From: Chara braunii
Lineage: Eukaryota; Plantae; Charophyceae
Length of the DNA: 53,155 bases
Assembly (NCBI GenBank): GCA_003427395.1
Contig: BFEA01000026.1
Coordinates: 4,264,174 to 4,317,328 of the forward strand
Reading direction: 5' to 3'
How positions within the stretch are numbered: position 1 is the stretch's first letter; the number at the start of each line of letters is the position of its first letter. Shown here in pieces: positions 36,613 through 50,200 of the stretch. The notes beneath the pieces are model-generated. The model was not told the origin of the DNA. It saw only the letters and a program-made list of their open reading frames with translations, and did no database searches. The position numbers and the translations under genes are program-made.

Positions 36613-38831
36613 AACCTTTGATAGACCTAGTCAAACAAGCAATACAACCTTCCTCCCATCCTTCCCCCAGATGCAATCTCACAATCTGTTTTCAGTCAAA
36701 CAACAAAAACTGAAACTTAATTTGCACAATCATTCCTTTATTAAGTCTGGTTTAAGTCTTGAAGTCAAACTCAAAGTCAACATAGGGATTCATGCAGTAT
36801 ACTCAGTCACGGCGCAATAAGGAATACAGATAGGGGTTTATAACTTAGGTTTATAAAAGGAGGATGAAAACGTTACCTCTCCGTTCCCTGCCTCCCGAGT
36901 TCCGGAAGCGCTCCCGCAATCGGTGGGCTGACTCCCCACATTGTCTTGTTGCGGTCCTACGGGTTGCAATCCCACCTGCCGCCTTCCTCTTTGAATAGGA
37001 TTAGACTATGAGTAAGAAGGGCAAAATGAGGGGTTTCAGACTCTCGAGATACAAGACGGGGACAAACTCAACTCCCAGGAGAGGGTCTTGTTATCTTCCA
37101 TTGCCTAAGGGCCCCACAATGGCGGCCAAGGTCAAGCTGAAGTCGAACACCAACTGTAGACTCCCTTGCGACTCTCCCATTTGCAGCGATAGTCCGTTAT
37201 AAGCCCTGCTTATTTCCTTGGATTGCAGTGTCGCTTTCCTTGACCAAGCTACCAAAACTAAGCCTAAACTACCACCACGCAGCCTGACACAACTGCGCTT
37301 CAATAGTGCGCAATCCTAGTGCGCCATCTAATCTGCAAGGGAAAACGCAGCAAGTCAACAAGCTTGACAGAAACACGATGCTCTTAATGACTGTGCGCAG
37401 CAACAAGCTTTACAGCAAGGCATATCGCAACCCCCCGCTAAACATGGCGTGCATGGTGAAGCACATCTCCGTACAACAATATCAACCAACTAGCTAATCC
37501 CCCTATGAACTGGCCATGAGGAAAAGTCCTTGTGTAACTACTTAGCAGGTTGGAGTGACTGTCTCGTATGTTAATGGAGTTAACTAGTCAGAATATTCCA
37601 CCAGCCGGAGAAACAAGGCACCGGATCCAAATATCAATGAGAGCATAATCCCGTCACCACCAACATACGTATGCAGAGTGCTTCCTCCTATTTGACACTC
37701 AACGCCTAGACAACTACTGCCCAACTACTAGCAGTGAACCTTCTGCGGGAATACGGGAAAACACACCTAGCTGAAGTTGTCCGCTGCGACCGCGAAAAGA
37801 GCAACGATAGCGTCTACCCGCCAAGGACGTGCCCATGACAATGAATTTGCGGCCAGATCACAGGCAGATACACTCCCAACCCATACACAGTCAGTATGCT
37901 ATTTTGTGTCGTAGCTCCGCTTTTGGCTCATCCCGCAACGCCTCCACTAAGGTAAGTATGCAGTCTCCCCCCCCACCCCCTCTCTAACCATTGAACCTAT
38001 CTCCCTTGAATCCGTCACACACCAATCCTTTCAATTTGTTTCGTCATACAAAAGGTCGTTCCTGAAGGGTGCGACTCGTTTGGCCATCCGAGACGGGGGC
38101 AGCAGCAACACAGAGATGGAGGCGACCATGCCTGTAGTTGCAAGGTGCTCGATAATCAGTAGAATGACAAATGAGCACGATCCAAGTGAGTTTATCACTG
38201 GAGCATGAAAGATATACCTTGCTTTCCAGTACCTTCACGCATAGGGATAGAGGGAGGCTATTTCCATAGATACGATGGACTAAAACATAATGAATCTGTC
38301 GCCTAAACTTAGCTGGATGCATCGCACCTTGCTACTCTACCTCCGGGCGCAGCTGTTACAACTTACGACATAAAAGCTATCCATCTAACATGAAATTCGA
38401 TGCCGCCATTAAATTCGCAGTAGTCAAAAACCTCATGCCCGCCTTCTCCCACGCTTAAATCCATTGACAGCCAAATGATCCATACCTCCTCCTTGCTCGT
38501 TTTCCTCTGTCGACTTCATCTCAGCACCTTCAAGCATATCCATTTTGCTATCCTACCTAACCTACTTCCTCACCTTCAAAACTAACATGGCCATCAAGCT
38601 CGCAGCACCCCGAAACCTCCAAAACATACTTTCCCTTACGCGATTTCATAAAGGATCCGGTGAGTTTCGTGTTACCTATTTTCCTCCATATCCGTCTTCA
38701 CCATCCATCCGCGCGGCATTTTGTCCTACTAACTTTCACTCTATATCACTAACGTTAAATTTGTCATCGCCAAAGCACTTGCCCTATCCTAAAACCTCCA
38801 AATTGGCTCTTTCCTCATCCGATTTTACAAA

Positions 38832-39762
38832 AGGGTCTGAGGGTACAAAGGGGGGACGCCAGTGGAGGATCGCAGCCATACTGACGAACAAATCGTTAAT
38901 TGAACTTCGATGTAGGGGCAAAAGGCTAATCGATAGTGAAGGGAAAAAAAAACATCGGAAAGTCGGACCAGGCTACAGCGCTACCTGAGTTGCGTTGACC
39001 TGATGAAGGTAGGGGAAGGCCGGTGCGGTAAGGCGTACGGGAGGAGGGCGCAAAGATCTGGAAGAGAGTGAACCAAGACGAGGGGGCGTGCCAAGTGCAA
39101 AGAAGGAATGGGCTATGGCGGAGGCAGACATAGGCCTGTCTCTTATACACATCTAGATGTGTATAAGAGACAGGATGAAGGTAGGGGAAGGCCGGTGCGG
39201 TAAGGCGTACGGGAGGAGGGCGCAAAGATCTGGAAGAGAGTGAACCAAGACGAGGGGGCGTGCCAAGTGCAAAGAAGGAATGGGCTATGGCGGAGGCAGA
39301 CATAGGCAGGAGGGAGCAGAAAATTCTAAACCCGGCGGAGGGCGCAAAGATCTGGAAGAGAGTGAACCAAGACGAGGGGGCGTGCCTGGTGCATGCAGAG
39401 AAGGAATGGGCTATGGCAGAGGCAGACATAGGCAGGAGGGAGCAGAAAACTCTAAACCTGTCGGGTTTAGAGTTTTCTGCTCCCTCCTGCCTATGTCTGC
39501 CTCTGCCATAGCCCATTCCTTCTCTGCATGCACCAGGCACGCCCCCTCGTCCTTGTTCACTCTCTTCACATCGGCCTTCCCCTACCTTCATCAGGTCAGC
39601 GCAACTCCCGGTAGCGCAGTAGCCTGGTCCGACTTCCCGATGTTTTTTTTTCCTTCACTATCAATTGGTCTTTTGCCCCTACATCGAAGTCCGACTAACG
39701 ATTTGTTCGCCAGTATGGCTGCGATCCTCCACTGGCCACCCCCCTTTGTCCCCTCCGACCCT
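38832..39762. repeat. Long fold-back inverted repeat (arms ~300 bp, centre ~39459); left arm inflated by an assembly artefact
   Basis: ccagtggaggatcgcagccatact (~38860) vs agtatggctgcgatcctccactgg (~39712); near-perfect pairing 39385-39455 / 39463-39535. Confidence 0.85.
39136..39173. other. Nextera mate-pair junction adapter (two inverted Tn5 mosaic ends): assembly artefact
   Basis: Exact CTGTCTCTTATACACATCT-AGATGTGTATAAGAGACAG. Confidence 0.98.
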
Positions 39763-42700
39763 GGCGTAGTATCTGATACCTCTGCCAGCGTCGCACCCGA
39801 TAGTAGCTAGCCTTTTCCCGTAGTGTAGCCATAAAGAACGGGCCAGCAATTAGCTCGCTCGATTGTCCTCTCGCCCCTATATCCAAATCCGACGGACGAG
39901 CTGCCTTGGCAACTATCGCCACAACCTCTTCCTCTGGTTCCTCCCAGGCGGAGCTTGCTACCGCCTCATACCTTCGACGGCCAACTCCCACACAGAAAGC
40001 CGGTCATGATGCGACCCTGCTGCGGAGCCTAGCGTGGGTTGTGGTGGGCTGGGTTCGGTGCGGCTTGCAGCCGTAGTGGCAAAAAAAATTCAAATGAGAA
40101 CTTTGAAGACCAATGTCGAGAGGGGTTTTCCACGTAGGCGGCCTCAACAGCGGCCTTCCCGCAGTCCCCCAGGCCGCTCCGCCTGCCTTGCACGACATGG
40201 TCCTCACACAGACCCCGCACGCAGACCCCTCTAAATGTTCTCCGCTCTGCTACGGTGGGTGGTGAACCGTGCGCTTACTGCAACTCCTACCCGTCTCGTG
40301 CTGTAGCCCCACGGGCTCACTCAAAAATGTTCTTCAATTCCCTTCCACTTTAGACTATCGACGCTCTCTAAGTGGGAAGCGAGGGAAGCCACGACCGTGG
40401 ACCTTGCTATCTCTTCATGCATTGTGGTTCGTCTTTCAAGATGCGCGGAGTAGGGAAATTCCGCCAATGCCCCGACACATACGAGCTCGTAGGTCAACCA
40501 AAGAAGGCGCGTGCTCAAGGTCCTCAACTACCGCGACGACCACATGTGCCTGAAAATCTAGTAGCTGAGCCAGGCCCGTCGATCTCGACGCCGACATCAA
40601 AATCGATCACCGAGCTAAAGACCTTAGAAGACGGTAGAAGCAAAATAATTAAATAAATAATAAAAGCAAGAATAAACGTCGTGTGTCCCGCTGGCCCACG
40701 ACGCCCCGCACACCTAGGCTGCTCCTGGTTGTGCTTCGCTGTCAATACCCCGCGCGTGCCGCTCACCTTGGCAAGGGCCTAAACTTCCTCCCGTACGCGC
40801 CCCATCGAGCGGACGAAGCTACACTAGTGCGACTTGCAGAAAACACGCCAAATACCCTTGTAAGGGTATTTGGTACAACAATGGCCCCGTGGTGTAAGTT
40901 TTGTAAGACTGCTTTCCCAAGTAAAACTTCTCTTGAAACAATTGAACATATATTCCTACAATGTCCGAGGGCAGTTTGGTTATGGAGATGGTGGGACCGC
41001 ATATGGAGCCAACTAGAGACTCAAGCCCAGTGGTCATGGGGTTGGAAGGTGATCTTACTAGAATCCTAAGTTTCAAATCCATTTATGATGAGTTCACACA
41101 AAACCTGTTCTTTTTGGGAAGGAGAGCGGTCCTTTGGGCCATATGGAGGAGAAGATGTACTTTTGAATGGGAAGGTACTCGTCTTGAAGGACCAGAATTC
41201 ACAGATTTCATTAAACAACAAATCCAAACAGTCATTTTAACTATATGGGAAAAGACAAAATAAAAAATCCAACATTTATCTAAGCGTAAGGAAATCCTTG
41301 AATATATATTCAAAATTTCTGTCAATGCTGGTTTGGGGGAATCTAGAGTGGGAAACTCGGAAGAGTCATCTAGGAAGGGACAACATGAGAGGAGGATGAG
41401 GTGGTTAAAAAAAACTATCGCCTGCAATTTGAAGATTGGACTTCGGTGGATCCATACATTCCTATGCGCCCTGTGAATGACTTCCCTGACCCATTTCCCC
41501 CACACCCATTAGCTGTAGTCCCCAGGTCCTGGTATGACTATGATTGAATTGGTATCTGATTCTGGTAGGAGGAATGATATTTTTTTGCCCGAGCTAGGAA
41601 AAAAAGTTATATCTGACACCACTTTTGAGGTGAAGAGGTTCAGATCCATCCTCCACAAAAACGATGTTCTATTTCTCGATTCAAGCCTCATTGTACAAAT
41701 GGGACGCTGGATCCGGTTTCCAGCAGGTGCAGCCCCCCACCAATAGATGGAGTGACATGTATGGACCTTCGTAGGTTGGAATGCTCTTATCACCCAACCT
41801 AATAGGTTCCACTGAGTCATTAAAAAAAAAAAAAAAAAAAAAAAAAGGCCACAACGTTTATACACAAGAAGGGGGACAAGGAAGATATTCGTAACTACAG
41901 ACTCGTTACTTTGCTACCTGTCCCATGTAAAATTGTAACAAAAGTGTGGGCCAATAGACTCTTACCAACCCTCTCACATCTCTTTCACCCAGACCAGTCG
42001 GGCTTCATGCTTCTCAAAAACATTCAGGACAACATCCTACTTGTAATTGAAACCATCAGATATGCTAGACAACGACAGGTAGATGCAGCCATACTCTTCA
42101 TTGATTTTGAAAAGGCATATGACCATGCAGACTGAGATTTTCTTTAGATGTGCCTATACAGAATGAACTTTGGGCCCATATTCTAGAAATGGGTAAACAT
42201 TTTCCACAAAACAACCTCCACCAATGCGATGATGAATGGGCACCTTGCACCCCCGATAGGCTTGCCGAGATCAGTGAGACAGGGAAACCCCATTGCGCCA
42301 ATGTTTTTTTGTCCTTATCATGGAAACACTTGCGGCAATGATCCGAGCAAACCCGTCGATTCAAAGAATTGAGGTACAGGAACTACCTTCCCACCTCATC
42401 CCGATCACATCCATTGTCGCAGATGACCTCAATGTTTTCTTTAGAGCCACCCCAGAAAGTATGAAGGCGCTTGCAAGTACGATTCACCTTTTTGAAGTGA
42501 CGACGGATATGAAAGTGAATTGGGGAACACAACCTGAAGGTAGGTGGGTTACCAAAGACAACAATAACCCACCACCAGATACTCCGGGAGTCGACTGGGA
42601 ATCCAAGGAAACTGCCATCAGAGTGTTGGGGGTCAATCTAACCTCAACAGGCCCACTGCACGACCACGACAACAGATTGGTAAACCCAACAATACAACGC

Positions 42701-44246
42701 ATGAATGCGTGAAAATCAACTCGCACATCACTCGTTGGTCGTGCCCTCGTAATAAACAATGCCATCTTCGCGGCAATTTGGTACGAAGTGGCTTTTTGGC
42801 AGCTCACCAGAACTCAGATAACAAGACTGCGACACACTGCATCAACTTACCTATGGCGAGGTAATCATAAACACATCAAATGCATCTGAAAAGTGGCGTC
42901 GGAAGGCGTCACCCAATCGCGCACCAAAAGGGGTCTCGGAATTGTCCACCCAGAGAATAAGATAAAGGCATTGCTTTTCAAATTTATGATAAGACTGTTG
43001 ATTGGCAATGACATCTCATGGGCACCATACACCCTCATCCAAATTCAGGCCCTAGCCCCATAGTCCAATGGAGACACGAAGGTACACCCACTACAGTGGC
43101 TAACTAACAAATATTGGACGATCCCGGCTCCACCCCACACTCGATCAGAGGGCACATTAGCATCAACAACCAAATGGGACCTTAGGATAGACCCCCTATG
43201 GACCATGTTTCTACGACTCTGAAGGGAAAGGGGGCCAACACAGAAAACGGTTGCGTTGAGATGGGAAGAGATATGGAGGCAACCCTTCTTCGGTAAACCG
43301 AACCTCCTTGACCGAACAGGCCACCCCTTCCCACTCTACACTCACTCAAAATGGATGCTGTGGGTGAAAAAGGGAATGTATACAATTGGTGACTTATGGA
43401 ACGACCAAACGAACTCTTGGCATACCGAACCGGAACTTCGCCTACGAATAGCCCATATCAGAAAACTTCAAGAAGGTCTACAAGAACTGCAGGAAGCCAT
43501 CCCATTAGCCTGGATATCAGAACTGAGAAGAAGCCCGAGGATTAGACCAGGAGACTGGGTCGTCATGCCTGAGGATTGCCCAATCCCTATGGTATTGTAC
43601 AAGGTGGACAAGGTACACGATCACACAACGTCACTTCAGGCCTATGCACCCCGACTCCCGGGACAAAGGTGGTCCAAATTGCTCAGAGAAGACAACCTAG
43701 ACCGCCAACGACCCGCCATTGGGCTCATAAGAGTCTGGGTCCTCAATGATAGGGAAGACGGACCGTATGCCTATGAGTCGACGATACCCCTCAGCCAATT
43801 GTCGTTTGACCGTCAGGAATGGGAATGGAACCAGGCGGGGAACTGTATACTTCAGCTATGGCAGTACACAGTTAAAAATGGATACAGGATTGTTCGATCG
43901 AAAGCACACATAACAGACCAGATTGGATTACGATGGGACAAAGAATCTCCTCTCAAAAGAGAGGACCTACATAGTCTCAATTGGGCCTCATATTCACGAA
44001 TCCAGCCTACCAATCTGAGAGTTCTGCAATGGCAGATCATCCACAGCTGCCTCCCTACCCCGGAATGGATCACATCCAGAAGGAATTTGAAAATCTGGGG
44101 AGAGTTGTCCCCACTGTGTAGCTACCGCGGTGGAACAAGATCCCCCCAAAGAAGAGCCACCTTGGAACATTGTCTTTTGGACTGCCCTATGGTGGCCCAA
44201 CTGTGGAGCTGGTGGGACGCGACATGGCATTACCTCACAGGAACAC

Positions 44247-47200
44247 TTTTTTTTTTTTTTTTTTTTTTTGAAAAAGTACCCTGAGTCTATGCTAGGGTAG
44301 CTGGTAGGAGCAGACTACCCTAGCACTCTCTGGGCGGCTCCGTCTATTGGTGGGGAGCGGCACCTGCTGGAAAACGGGTCTCGCGTCCCTCACATTTGGC
44401 AATTGAGGTAAAGACCTTTGAGAACTGTTGTAGGGGACCTCTTCACCTTCCCATAAGGCGCCTAATGAAGCAATCCTACCTAGTCTTTACAACAGTTAGG
44501 AGAGGTTGATGGGAAGATAATTCTATGACTGAGGCTACCCTCGGGAGAAGAAGAAATTATCACAATAGAACACAAAATGATACAGTTGGCAGAATGGTTT
44601 ATACAACAACTAAAAGAAAAATATGAAGAAGTAACTACTGAGTTTTGGGATGCCTCGTACGTACAGCTCATCAATTTAATGAATGTCAGTCCCTCCTTGA
44701 AACAAGTACTGACCAATGGTCTCCCACAAGGAGCTAAAAGGACAATAGCCAGTCGACGCATGCTCAAGGCAATAATGGACATGTTTCGACCACCCACTTC
44801 CACATCAAGTGATAGTAAGGAGGATAAGGGTAGGGAGATGACAACAGTCCTAATACCTGTCCAACCGCAGCAACAGGAAAACTTAGAAACAAATTCAGAA
44901 GGACAGACTGTCACCATGAAGGATAATATAAAAGAAACGCAAGGTAATATAATATACATAGATGATAATGGTCAGGATGTCCTTCAGTCTCCCTCTCTCA
45001 CGGTTAACCATGTGGTAACTCCAACGCTCACAGACAGTCAAGTGCAAGTGGTAACTTCAACGCTCGCGGATAGCCAGGTGAAAATCCCAACCCAAGTGTC
45101 ATCAAAGGATGAAACCACAGATATATAGAACAAAAACACCTCTCTACTAGTAAACCAAGAAATGATCTACATAGACGTTACCACACAGGAACAATATCAG
45201 GAAGGGGAAGAGTCAAAAGAAGTTATTCAGATGGAAGTCGTCACAAATCAACAGGAAAAAGATATTATGACCGTGCAATCATCACAAGGTGCTGGAACAG
45301 ATGAAAGCTCAAGAACAACTCAAAATATTGTTTCTCCCTCTTCCTCTATAGTGACAAAGCAAGAGGTCGGCAACAGGCAAAAATTGAGGAATTTGTTGGA
45401 AAAAGGACAAATGGTCAGAGCACAGCCTCCCAAGGGTAACCTCATCATACCGGTAAGAAAAAAAGGAAGTAAATGGGAGGTGGGTCTATCACCTATAGGT
45501 CAAGACCAATACGGGGGGGTCACGCTCAGAGGACGGTCAACATATGTGGAATACCAAAGTATTGGGGACCGTAACTTCAAAAGAGATATGTGTGATTTCT
45601 TGATAAAACATTATGATCCTGGCCCTCAAGCAACCCTTACAGAAATAGGTGATAAGGCTCAAATGGCAAAAAGGGACACATTTATTCGCTTCGAGGAACA
45701 AAAGGAGGCAGAATTGAGATGGTTTTCTCATGCGGCATTGTTAGAATTACAAAGCCTCAAAATTAAAGCAAATGTGGTTTGGTCGGTCGCAGATATTCTT
45801 GCCTTCCTTACCATCCTCCTACAGAGAGGCATCCTACAGCCTACTATAGAATTAGATAATGACACTTGGATTCGACTTTGAAACACTGAGAGTAAGGGTT
45901 CTTCTATAAGTAAGTTGAGGCAGAGATGGACGCAATACAAGCTTATTATGGAAAGAATCCAGTTTGGCAGCGTGCAATCAGAACAACAGACTTGGATCTT
46001 AGATCATTGACTGTAAACGGTCTTGCAACGGCAAATGCGATAAAGAAAGGCCATATTAGAACAACTGAAAGGCATAGGAGGAAGATTGTGGTCAGATATC
46101 ATATGCATACAAGAAACACATCTCACTATCTCTCCCATTCATATTCAGATTCATAATACAATTTGGTCCTTTGACAAACTCAGTGCGCCAACCGCAAGAA
46201 ATGGTTCAGCAGGTGTGGCAATCTGGTTACCACCAGACTCTAAAGCACAAATAGTTCAATGGACGGCAGATAAAGAGCAGGGTCGGTGGATAGCAGCGGT
46301 TTTCACAATTGGATTAGATGTGATATGTGTGATCAATGTATATGGACCAAATGAGATTGAAGAAAGAATTAGGTTTTTTCAAGATATAAGATCTCAAATC
46401 CCTGAAGGAATTCCTGTAATAATGACAGGGGATTTCAATGCATCCCCAGATAGATGGTTAGATCGTTGGAAGATCCCCTCTCCATGTCCGCCATATATAG
46501 AGGAGGATGAAAACATTATTCAAACTTTGTGCGAAAATGAACATCTGTTTGATTCATACAGAAGACTGTTCCCACGAGAAAGATTATTCACCTGCATTCG
46601 CAATCAAGGTAACCACCTTCAGTCCAGATCTAGAATAGATCTCATCCTAATGTCAGAAGTTCTAGAAAATACACTTATAGGGGCAACAATTTTTCCACAA
46701 AGTCTCTGGACCGGGGCAGACCATAAAATGTGTGCAGTTCTCCTGTCTCTCAGGAAGAAACCAGATCAAGGAAGAGGTCTGTACAAATTAAACACATCTC
46801 TGCTATCACAGGAAAACTTTAGAAAATATTTAGCAGACGTATGGGAATACTGACACTCGACCATGAATCGACATGATTCCTACATCTCTTGGTTCAACAA
46901 TGGATTATGCTTTCTTGCAAGAAAATGTAACGAATTTTTTTAATTACAAGAAAAAAATAAACACTCTCAAGAAATACAAATTCAGGAACAAATTTTAAAT
47001 TATGAATCTCATGATCATCTTAATGACTCTTCACAAACTATCAATATCCTACACCTCAAAAACCAACTTTTGTCTTTTGCACTGTATCGTTGGCAAGGAC
47101 AGCTAATTAGAAACAAGTTGTCGAAATTCAAATCAGAAGGTCAGATGGATACATCATTTTTTGCTATGGCTCAATCACGAGCGAAACGTTCAATTATAGA

Positions 47201-50200
47201 TAATTTATGCAATCACAACACTGCACAGGGTCCTGTAGTGTCAGAATCCTCAGCAACAAGCTTAAAAGTAGCCTATGACTACTTTAAAGAGTTATTTAAG
47301 TCATCTAAAGTCCCATCTGAGAATCAGGAGGATAATAGAGCTATTCGCCTTTTCTTGGAACCAATGTTTCAGTCCATTACCAGCAAACAACGAGACAACC
47401 TGGAAAAACCTCTAACAAAAGATGAAATCTGGACGGCATTAATACAAATGGAAGAAGATAAGACCCCGGGAGCAGATGGTTTCCCTAAGGAATTTTGGGA
47501 AGCCATGTGGTCCACCCTGTCTCCTGATTTAATGCAGTTTTTTCGAGAGGTCTGAGAGTCCGGGGAAATGGGAGAAATAGTGAGTCAAGGTATACTCACG
47601 CTACTATACAAAAAAGGGGATAAATCAAATGTCAAAAATTATAGGCCAATAACCATACTTACGGTAGTATACAAACTACTAGCAAAAACTCTCGCAAACC
47701 GTATGATTCCAGTGATGCCTGACATAATTCATCCCTCTCAAACAGGATTTATAAAAGGTCGCCACATTCAAGATAACATTCTTTTAATTAATGAAGTGGT
47801 CAAAGCCGCGCAACAATCTAAAGAAAATGCGGCAGTGGTGTTCATAGACTTTGAAAAAGCATATGACCACATCGATTGGCGATTCTTGGACGCTTGTTTG
47901 CAAAGGCTGAATTTTGGACCAAATATGCGGAGATGGATTAAAATTCTCCACACAAATGCAACCACACGCATTTTGGTAAACGGACTGCTATTTCCAGAAA
48001 TTTATATTCAAAGGTCAGTTAGACAAGGGGACTCCTTGACCCCTTTCCTTTTCGTGATTGTAATGGAGGCATTGGGGGTCAACATGAGAGCTAATCATAA
48101 TATTAAACGTCTATCTATCTCAGGTATACCAGAGGAGGCAATACCAATAACCTCAATGTTTGCAGATGATTTGACGATCATTATGGAAGTCTCAGAGGCA
48201 AATATGAAAGAAATTAAAAAGATACTAAATAAATCTCTGCACTTTCAGACATGGTGGTTAACTGGGGAAGTAAAACGCAAGGATGGTGGATCCACTCAAA
48301 TGGAATCCGCCCTCCGAAAGTCCCCAAGGTACAATGGTTGCCCCTGGAGGCCCCACTGAGAGTATTGGAAGTATCTCTATCGGCATTGGGTAAACCTGTA
48401 TCCAACGATGAATGGATTTCGAAACCAGCGATACAGAAGATGAGCCAATGGAAGAACCAACACACCTTACTTTTTGGAAGAGCACTACTAATAAATAATG
48501 TGATATTTGCTTCCATATGGTACAAATCTGCACTATGGGTCATTAGTAAACCACGAACCAAACACCTTCAAAAACAGGTATCGACCTTTCTTTGGAGAGG
48601 GAATCATGAGTTGGATAAAGTTATCCCTAGAGTAGCATGGTCTACCCTTATTCAACCAAAATCTAGGGGAGGGCTAGGATCCTGGACCCTATCCTACAAT
48701 GCCAAGCCCTGTCACTCCAGTGGATGATCGATCTTATTTTAGGTATTGACAAACCTTGGCAACCCTTGGCTCTTCAACAAATTAGAAAACTGGCGCCGAT
48801 AGCACCACCGAAAATACATCCCCTTACATGGGTGGAGAATTTATTTTGGAATATCCCTCGCCCTTCTGCACGTTCAAAATTTGAAGGGGAAAAAGGAGCA
48901 GTACGTCAAGATCTACTGTTAGATAATCTATGGGTGTCTTTATTGAGGACGTGGAGAAAACTACCTCTTCCGAACAAACCCTTACATACACGTGTAGAGG
49001 AAATATTGAGACAACCACTTTTTGAGAATAGATTGATAACAGATGTTAAGAGTTGTGTATATAATAGTTCTACTCCTCCATGGTTACAGTGGGTGAAGAA
49101 AGGAGTAATTCGGGTCAAAGATATTTGGGATCCGAAGAAAAAAGGGTGGAAGACGGTAGAACAACTTAGGAAAACAATTACTTATGCGCACAAATTGGGA
49201 CAAAATTTAGACCAAATCATTTGCTCTATCCCCTTGGCATGGGTCAGAAAATTAAGAAAAGGGTTAAGTTTTCAAGAAGGAGACTTTGTGACGATCACAC
49301 ACGACCCACAAGATTGGCAGGTTGGGCAAATAGTGAGTATAATAGATGAAGGTGCATTAGTGTCTTTGTTCAAAATAACAACAAATCACCTAATCAAACC
49401 TTCATCTAATATTTTTGTTGAATTCTTTCCTTTCAAATAAATGTTTAGGATCAGAGTGCTCTTTATATCAGCAATCACAGGATGGAGGGTCTTTTACCCT
49501 CAATGCCCAATTTCTGACCTCCCCATAGATCCAGAAAAATGGAAATGGCAAACAGGGAAAAGGGTCAAACCCCGTACTCTACAAACTCTAACGGTGAAGG
49601 TAGCATATCGTTTGATGAAACCAAGAGTGGATGTGTCGTCCATAATAAGAGAACGATGGACAAGACACCTGAATATTGATGCACAAAGTATAAAGAACAT
49701 CAAATTCTTTAATAAACTTAAAAAACGACCAGCTAAATTTTCCTCCTTACAATGACAAATTCTTCATCGTTGCTTACCAACCAATGATTGACTCATAGAT
49801 CACACAAATCTGGAGCAACGTGGTCTGGCGCTTCCATGGTGTAAAGCATGTCTTACAGTCTTCCCACAGAAGAAGACCAGAAAAACAATTGAACATGTGT
49901 TTGTTTAATACCAGGAACAATTCTAATTTGGAGAAGATGGGATGGTGTGTGGAGAAGGTTGACAGGTATTGACTGGCAATGGAATTGGAAAACCATTCTC
50001 CTGGGCATATGGGTACCACTAGAAGCACAACCATCAGAATTCATGACAAAAATTTTTGATATAGGAAGGGAAGTCATACAATGGGCTCTGTGGTACAAAA
50101 GATGCGTACATGAAAGAGAAGATGTAAAACTAGAAGGTAAGGAACTTGCTGATTTAATTGTTCAATTTGTACAGACAGAAATACAGGCACATTGGGTAAC

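Larger units (their letters stand above)
35190..40860. other. ~5.7 kb largely non-coding insertion in LINE D, class unresolved (possibly a gypsy/Athila-like non-coding region on the minus strand)
   Basis: LINE ORF2 similarity stops at ~35190 and resumes at ~40860; no TSD or LTR pair identified. Confidence 0.4.
28028..41846 (+). mobile_element. LINE D: near full-length, heavily decayed L1-like element (28028-~35190 plus ~40860-41846)
   Basis: ORF1 with WVELRHI and zinc knuckle CFKCKAYNHLSTKFVC (28036-28497); EN from ~31455; RT VRQGDS/LFADD ~33475-33625; zf-RVT CKFC..EHIFLQCP ~40893-40966; motif B 41701-41753, C 41772-41801; poly(A) 41822-41846; degenerate TSD gg(t/c)cacaac. Confidence 0.8.

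Noticed and set aside
39136-39173. Genuine Tn5/IS50 transposon ends
   Set aside because: Exact synthetic mosaic-end pair of the Nextera mate-pair adapter.
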